A DNA stretch of 13,214 nucleotides from Candidatus Micrarchaeia archaeon (lineage in GTDB: Archaea; Micrarchaeota; Micrarchaeia; CAILAH01): assembly GCA_049970015.1 (NCBI GenBank), contig JBMFNT010000007.1, forward strand, positions 1-13,214. Reading direction: 5' to 3'. Positions 8,796 to 13,214 of this stretch are shown here, piece after piece; the first letter of the stretch is position 1; the number at the start of each line of letters is the position of its first letter. A program made the translations under genes and the position numbers. The notes under the pieces are model-generated. The model saw nothing but the letters and a program-made list of their open reading frames with translations. It was not told where the DNA came from and did not search any database.

Positions 8796-9989
8796 TCATA
8801 TCAACCTCGTAAGTCCAGCAATCTCAACATCTCCACCGAATAGTGATGATATCTCCCTTATTGCAGAAAGTGTTCCAACAAGCGAGAATATCGAAGAGAA
8901 AGTTACTGCAAGTATGATGCGCGCGGCAACCTCTGTTAGAGAATAACTTCTGTTTTCAGGTGAATTGGGGTCATAAAACTGTGGGCTGTACTGCTTTCCC
9001 CCTCCAAAAGCTGCATTATCTGCCGCATTTGGAATGTTTGATGAAATTCCAATATTGTAGTCATAGTTTACATTTCTCTTCTTTAGCTGTTCTGCAACTG
9101 CTTTCCCAAACACATTTGTGTCCGCTTGCTTACGTGTTTCTTCTATGTATTCTTCAAAATCTCTTTTGTGGTCTCCATCAACTATTGAACCAAATGTAAG
9201 AAATGCAAATGCATGCTTTGAGCTTTCAAGCATGAATTTGTAGCTGAAATTTTCTGCCGATTCTATCACCACCTGTGATAATATGTACATATATGGCAGT
9301 GCAAAAAACAGTCCGAGTGTTATACCCATCAACAGCCCACCAAGCTTTCTTGTGAACGGAAGTATTCTGAAAACGAGACCAAGGTTGAAAAATGCTGGGA
9401 AAAAGTATATTGCATTTATTATGAGGAACAATTCCTGGAATTTTACAAAAAGCAATACTTTGTACAATATTGAAAAGAGCTCTCCATAGACAAATGCGTG
9501 TATAACAGAGTATTTGAAAGGAGCTATCTTGAAAAGGCCAGCAGAAGTTGAGGCACTGCCAGCAGTTGCTGCCCAATCATATGCTCGTAATACACCCTTT
9601 GCGAGCACTCGTATGTTATTATAAGACTCTGCAAGGTGTTCACGCGCAACTTTGAGGTGTGCAGTGAGCCCTATATCCTGGGAACACGCGTCAGTGTAAA
9701 GATTTGCATCTGATAAAGCAGTGTAAAGATTTGCATCTGATAAAGCAGCATCTGATAAAGCAGTGCAGAAAAGGTTGTTTACAAGTACAATCCCACCTAT
9801 TGTTGACCCCACTATTATTAGCGAGTAAATGGCCTGTGAAAACTCATGGCGTGCAAACCCTAACAAGTTCTCGTTTGAGAGAAGCTTTGATACCATGTAC
9901 ATGAGCGAAACAAATAATATGTGAATTACTGAAATGACAAGTGCAATCGGGACAAGGTTTGTGAAAAACTCTGTAAACATGAATGGCAT
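8796..9989 (-). CDS. Multi-pass membrane protein, paralog 3, with internal repeat expansion
   Basis: 397 aa; LMYMVSKLL..FARHEFSQ; GLVFRILPFTRKLGGLLMGITLGLFFALP; C-terminus GLTRLI; TGATG overlap, SD GAGGTGA at 10003-9997. Confidence 0.85.
   Translation of the reverse strand: MPFMFTEFFTNLVPIALVISVIHILFVSLMYMVSKLLSNENLLGFARHEFSQAIYSLIIVGSTIGGIVLVNNLFCTALSDAALSDANLYTALSDANLYTDACSQDIGLTAHLKVAREHLAESYNNIRVLAKGVLRAYDWAATAGSASTSAGLFKIAPFKYSVIHAFVYGELFSILYKVLLFVKFQELFLIINAIYFFPAFFNLGLVFRILPFTRKLGGLLMGITLGLFFALPYMYILSQVVIESAENFSYKFMLESSKHAFAFLTFGSIVDGDHKRDFEEYIEETRKQADTNVFGKAVAEQLKKRNVNYDYNIGISSNIPNAADNAAFGGGKQYSPQFYDPNSPENRSYSLTEVAARIILAVTFSSIFSLVGTLSAIREISSLFGGDVEIAGLTRLI
9692..9765. repeat. Nested exact in-frame tandem duplications (27 bp x2, 15 bp x2)
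   Basis: CAGTGTAAAGATTTGCATCTGATAAAG at 9692-9718 and 9719-9745; GCATCTGATAAAGCA at 9733-9747 and 9748-9762; peptide TALSDAALSDANLYTALSDANLYT. Confidence 0.95.
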
Positions 9990-10314
9990 CAGACAGTCAC
10001 CTCTTTTATGAACTTGTAGATTGATTGTGTCATGGCCACTGTTAATATTATTGCAAGAGAAGGTATTATTACTGCTATAAACAGGTGCGCACCTATATCA
10101 TAGAACATTTCCTTTATGGATGAGTAAAGTGCAATCGGGACAAGGTTTGTGAAAAACTCTGTAAACATGAATGGCATCAGACAGTCACCTCTTTTATGAA
10201 CTTGTAGATTGATTGTGTCATGGCCACTGTTAATATTATTGCAAGAGAAGGTATTATTACTGCTATAAACAGGTGCGCACCTATATCATAGAACATTTCC
10301 TTTATGGATGAGTA
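9939..10314. repeat. Exact 188-bp tandem duplication spanning a gene junction
   Basis: 9939-10126 is identical to 10127-10314 (AAGTGCAATCGGG...GGATGAGTA); it covers the 3' end of paralog 2 and the 5' end of paralog 3. Confidence 0.95.
9989..10177 (-). CDS. 62-aa chimeric ORF created by the 188-bp duplication
   Basis: First 17 aa are identical to the paralog 3 N-terminus and last 45 aa to the paralog 2 C-terminus; it keeps SD GAGGTGA and TGATG coupling at both ends. May be an assembly artefact. Confidence 0.5.
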   Translation of the reverse strand: MPFMFTEFFTNLVPIALYSSIKEMFYDIGAHLFIAVIIPSLAIILTVAMTQSIYKFIKEVTV

Positions 10315-11085
10315 TGTTGCAAATGTTAGTGCGTAAAACAGAACGCTCTCAACCTTAGTGGCAAAATCACCTATTAAACCATAGCTGTAAATGCTTCTTG
10401 ACAGATCACTATAAGTAAAATATGGGCGAATCTCGCTTGCATAAACATCAAGCGAAAACACATAAAGGTAGGGGTAGATAGTGTAAAGTGAAAATGAAAG
10501 CGACATAAGTATTGTGCCTGCATCGCGCGTGATTGGAAACGCACGCAGAAATATGCCAACTGGCACGAGTATTGAGAATGCAGTTTCTTTGAGTATTGCA
10601 AGAAGGAAAGATTGTATATACAGGCTGGCAAACACAGATTCAAGTATGAACGATACCACATTAAGGCTTGTATGGAAGTATTTGAGGCCTGCCATAGGTG
10701 TAAATTTTATGTCCCCCTTGTCGTATAATATGGTTGTGTTTGAGAGGCCACTTGCCTCAAACATTATCTGGAATAGGGTCCTTAGCATTGGATATATTTC
10801 AGAATACATAATATTGTTTATTTTTTCTATTGCTTGTGTAAACAGATCTAGCTGGCCGTTCGGGCACGATAGTTCGTTCGCAATACCTACTATTGCTGTG
10901 AATGAGAAAACAAGCGCAAATGTCACTATGAAGTTGTAGTACTCAGTCTTTGCCATTGCAATGTATTCCTCTTTCTTAAGGAAGTTTCCAAGCATGTAGA
11001 GAAGGGTTGCAAGCATGAACACTATGAGTAGAGCTAGGAACACATTCAACCATACAGCACTCACAATTTCTATGCCACAACCCAT
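10177..11085 (-). CDS. Multi-pass membrane protein, paralog 2 (shortest, minimal core)
   Basis: 302 aa; LLYMLGNFL..MAKTEYYN; GIFLRAFPITRDAGTILMSLSFSLYTIYP; SD AAGGTG at 11096-11091. Confidence 0.85.
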   Translation of the reverse strand: MGCGIEIVSAVWLNVFLALLIVFMLATLLYMLGNFLKKEEYIAMAKTEYYNFIVTFALVFSFTAIVGIANELSCPNGQLDLFTQAIEKINNIMYSEIYPMLRTLFQIMFEASGLSNTTILYDKGDIKFTPMAGLKYFHTSLNVVSFILESVFASLYIQSFLLAILKETAFSILVPVGIFLRAFPITRDAGTILMSLSFSLYTIYPYLYVFSLDVYASEIRPYFTYSDLSRSIYSYGLIGDFATKVESVLFYALTFATYSSIKEMFYDIGAHLFIAVIIPSLAIILTVAMTQSIYKFIKEVTV

Positions 11086-11097
11086 GCCAACACCTTC

Positions 11098-13170
11098 TCA
11101 TATAAGCTTGCCAAGGCCCATAAGCGATGAATCCCCTCCTATGTTTTCAGCGATTGAACGGAAGAATGTAACCGATATGACAATTGAAAAGAATGAAATC
11201 ATGAATATGAATATAGCACGTGAAAAAAGTATTGTTACATTAAACTCTCTCGGGCTTTCGATTATGTCACCTGGGCTTTCGATTATGTCACCTGGGAGGA
11301 CTGCACCAAGCATCTTGTTAAACAACCCTGTGGATGATGCGCATGATGTATAATCAGATTCTCCATACATCTTAAAAGTCTGGTCGTAAATGTCATATAC
11401 TGCACTCCCTATAAATTCTCCCCCTTCTTTGATTGCATAGGCAATTGAATACATCCATGTTGAGTCAGAAACTTCTGGTTGTTTATAGAGCGGCTCTCCT
11501 AAGTAAGACTTTGCCATATGTCCGCTGTATGCATCGCATGCAATCTCATCAAATATAAATGTAGATATGTCAGATTTTATGGTTGCTGATGAGAGAATGA
11601 ATGATACAATTCCAACAGGTGCTCCAGCAATCTTTCCCAAAACTCCCTTAAGCCCTGTTTTTCCAACACGCTCAACAACATCGCGCGTAACCTTTTCAAA
11701 CCCTCTTTTTGCAAGGTAGGATGCCGTAAGCTTTCCCGTTGCAGTTAGTGCATCTCCTGCAACTCCTGGGGCATACAAGTCATCTATTTCCTCATACTGC
11801 TGTTCTGCTATGTATGCATTGCGTATTTCTTTTGATTCCTCATTTTTTACCAAAAGCGTCTGCTCGCATTCTGCACTATCGCACGGTTTTATGAAGTATA
11901 CTGGTACATCAAGGGCATATTTGTACTGTGCAGGAGATATCCCTTCAAGCCCGCGCTCAACTCCATAAAATGATAGAGTTATGTTGTAGAAATGTGGGGT
12001 TAACTCATTTTTTTTGTTTAGATCATCTGGATTTGGGATTCTGGAATATGAAATAGTGCAGTTAATTTGCTCACCATATGTTGAACTTCCCTTACAAATC
12101 TTATTGTTTCTCTCATCAACTACTGAGTAATTGTAGCTAACAAGAAGGCCTACAAAAGAAAAGTTTATGCCTTTCTTGACTTTGTCATCCACTATGACTA
12201 TATCGCTTGGGCCCACAAACTGCACGGGTACTGCCCCGGTTGCTGGAAGCCCCGCAAGCCAATCAACATTAACATAAACACCTGAGAAATCACCTACCAT
12301 CTTACCGTAAAAAGAATCTGACAGGGTTGCTGATAAGAATGCAGGATATATAAACTGCATTGTTATGAATATTGCAATTAGTGTTGAGCCGAGCCTTCTT
12401 GTTATAGGGAGAGACCTGAAAAGAACACCTGTAAGAAAAATGATTGGGCCGGCAAACTTTATGAAAAGCAGTACTCCTTTCTGGGCTATGAGTATAAGTA
12501 TGAGTATCAGTATCAACTCATTTATGGATTCAATTACATCAGAAACTTTGGAAAGGCCGGGAAACATTGGCGCATCTATCGATGGGGTGCCGACCGCGCC
12601 TATCCCACCGCCTCCCTCACTTGTTGCGCCAGCAACTAATGGTTTAATCGCTATGTGTGTTATGTATGTCATCTCGGTTATTGCCGTCTCAAATGCATAT
12701 GCACGCATGAATAATGAGGTTAGACCAAGAGAGGAAGTATTCATATACGCATTATTAGTTTCATCTATTTTGCCAAGTTCAAAATCTTCAGGTATTTTAC
12801 TATAGTTACCATAGAGCACCATATCTACTTGCGATAGGGCTGAGTCTACAAGCTTATCATAGGTGGGCTGTGGAGCGCCAGACATAACAAAAAATACATC
12901 TACAGCAAGCGCAAGCACTATCACATTAGAAACTAAGAATAGTGTATAAAAGTTCTCATATACCTCGTTCTTTGCCCAGCTCATTGCCTGTGGTGTACCT
13001 ATTATGCTGGCAACCATATACCCAAGCGCGGCAATAATAAACCCTATCACTACTCCTATTGCCCCTGCTGTGTATATATTCTGGTCAAAGGGTGCTTGCG
13101 GTAGCTGGTCTACTGCATATGCAAGCGATAGCGCAAACAAAGCACATAGAATGGCTGGGCGTAAGTTCAT
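11098..13170 (-). CDS. Multi-pass membrane protein, paralog 1, with signal peptide and large extracellular insert
   Basis: About 690 aa (ATG at 13170 or GTG at 13173); signal-like MNLRPAILCALFALSLAYA; LGYMVASII..WAKNEVYE; GVLFRSLPITRRLGSTLIAIFITMQFIYP; C-terminus GLGKLI; 7 N-x-S/T sequons counted. Confidence 0.87.
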   Translation of the reverse strand: MNLRPAILCALFALSLAYAVDQLPQAPFDQNIYTAGAIGVVIGFIIAALGYMVASIIGTPQAMSWAKNEVYENFYTLFLVSNVIVLALAVDVFFVMSGAPQPTYDKLVDSALSQVDMVLYGNYSKIPEDFELGKIDETNNAYMNTSSLGLTSLFMRAYAFETAITEMTYITHIAIKPLVAGATSEGGGGIGAVGTPSIDAPMFPGLSKVSDVIESINELILILILILIAQKGVLLFIKFAGPIIFLTGVLFRSLPITRRLGSTLIAIFITMQFIYPAFLSATLSDSFYGKMVGDFSGVYVNVDWLAGLPATGAVPVQFVGPSDIVIVDDKVKKGINFSFVGLLVSYNYSVVDERNNKICKGSSTYGEQINCTISYSRIPNPDDLNKKNELTPHFYNITLSFYGVERGLEGISPAQYKYALDVPVYFIKPCDSAECEQTLLVKNEESKEIRNAYIAEQQYEEIDDLYAPGVAGDALTATGKLTASYLAKRGFEKVTRDVVERVGKTGLKGVLGKIAGAPVGIVSFILSSATIKSDISTFIFDEIACDAYSGHMAKSYLGEPLYKQPEVSDSTWMYSIAYAIKEGGEFIGSAVYDIYDQTFKMYGESDYTSCASSTGLFNKMLGAVLPGDIIESPGDIIESPREFNVTILFSRAIFIFMISFFSIVISVTFFRSIAENIGGDSSLMGLGKLI
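11252..11296. repeat. Exact in-frame 21-bp tandem duplication
   Basis: GGGCTTTCGATTATGTCACCT at 11252-11272 and 11273-11293, followed by GGG; peptide PGDIIES-PGDIIES-P. Confidence 0.95.
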
Positions 13171-13173
13171 CAC

Positions 13174-13214
13174 ATAAATTTTATACTATTTCTATTTTAA
13201 ATGTATAATATGGA
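13174..13214 (-). promoter_or_regulatory. Putative promoter of the six-paralog operon (probably leaderless mRNA)
   Basis: Minus strand TTTAAAA at 13201-13195, about 25 nt upstream of the ATG at 13170; no SD visible; very AT-rich. Confidence 0.5.

Noticed and set aside
9989..10177. 62-aa ORF as a genuine CedA1/VirB2-like pilin
   Set aside because: Its sequence is entirely explained as identical pieces of the two neighbouring genes.
12487..12515. AGTAT-like short repeats
   Set aside because: Imperfect; they reflect ILILIL codons of a transmembrane helix.
5205..12805. Many short + strand and off-frame ORFs within the paralog operon
   Set aside because: They overlap well-supported, translationally coupled - strand genes and show no recognisable motifs.
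5069..13173. Integrated conjugative element or provirus
   Set aside because: No integrase, relaxase, capsid, att-like flanking repeats or tRNA target visible in the window.

Overview
Archaeal chromosomal window. The domain is supported by archaeal-type uS2, a DUF2070-like protein, FtsZ2-type sequences, GAGGTGA Shine-Dalgarno sites and TATA boxes; a DPANN/Micrarchaeota-like origin is my inference only. The left ~4.8 kb is housekeeping: rps2 (+), a convergently overlapping DUF2070-like membrane protein (-), and two tandem ftsZ genes (-) that both look FtsZ2-like. The right ~8.1 kb (5069-13173, - strand) is a tightly coupled operon of six highly diverged paralogous multi-pass membrane proteins. 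They share an N-terminal 'YM...(A)K/R.E' hairpin, a central 'G-x-x-x-R-x-x-P-x-TR-x-x-G-x-x-L' motif reminiscent of CedA/VirB6-type channel proteins and, in five of six, a C-terminal '(R/K)(L/V)(I/V)-stop'. They differ in inserted, probably extracellular, domains (Cys-rich, beta-rich, Gly/Ala-rich amphipathic). No ATPase is encoded in the operon. Four exact tandem duplications (15, 27, 188, 21 bp) cluster in 1.6 kb of it and all preserve reading frame; the 188-bp one creates a new 62-aa chimeric ORF. This operon is the best candidate for an undescribed system, possibly a heteromeric uptake or cell-contact channel. Family assignments come from motif recognition, not database searches.
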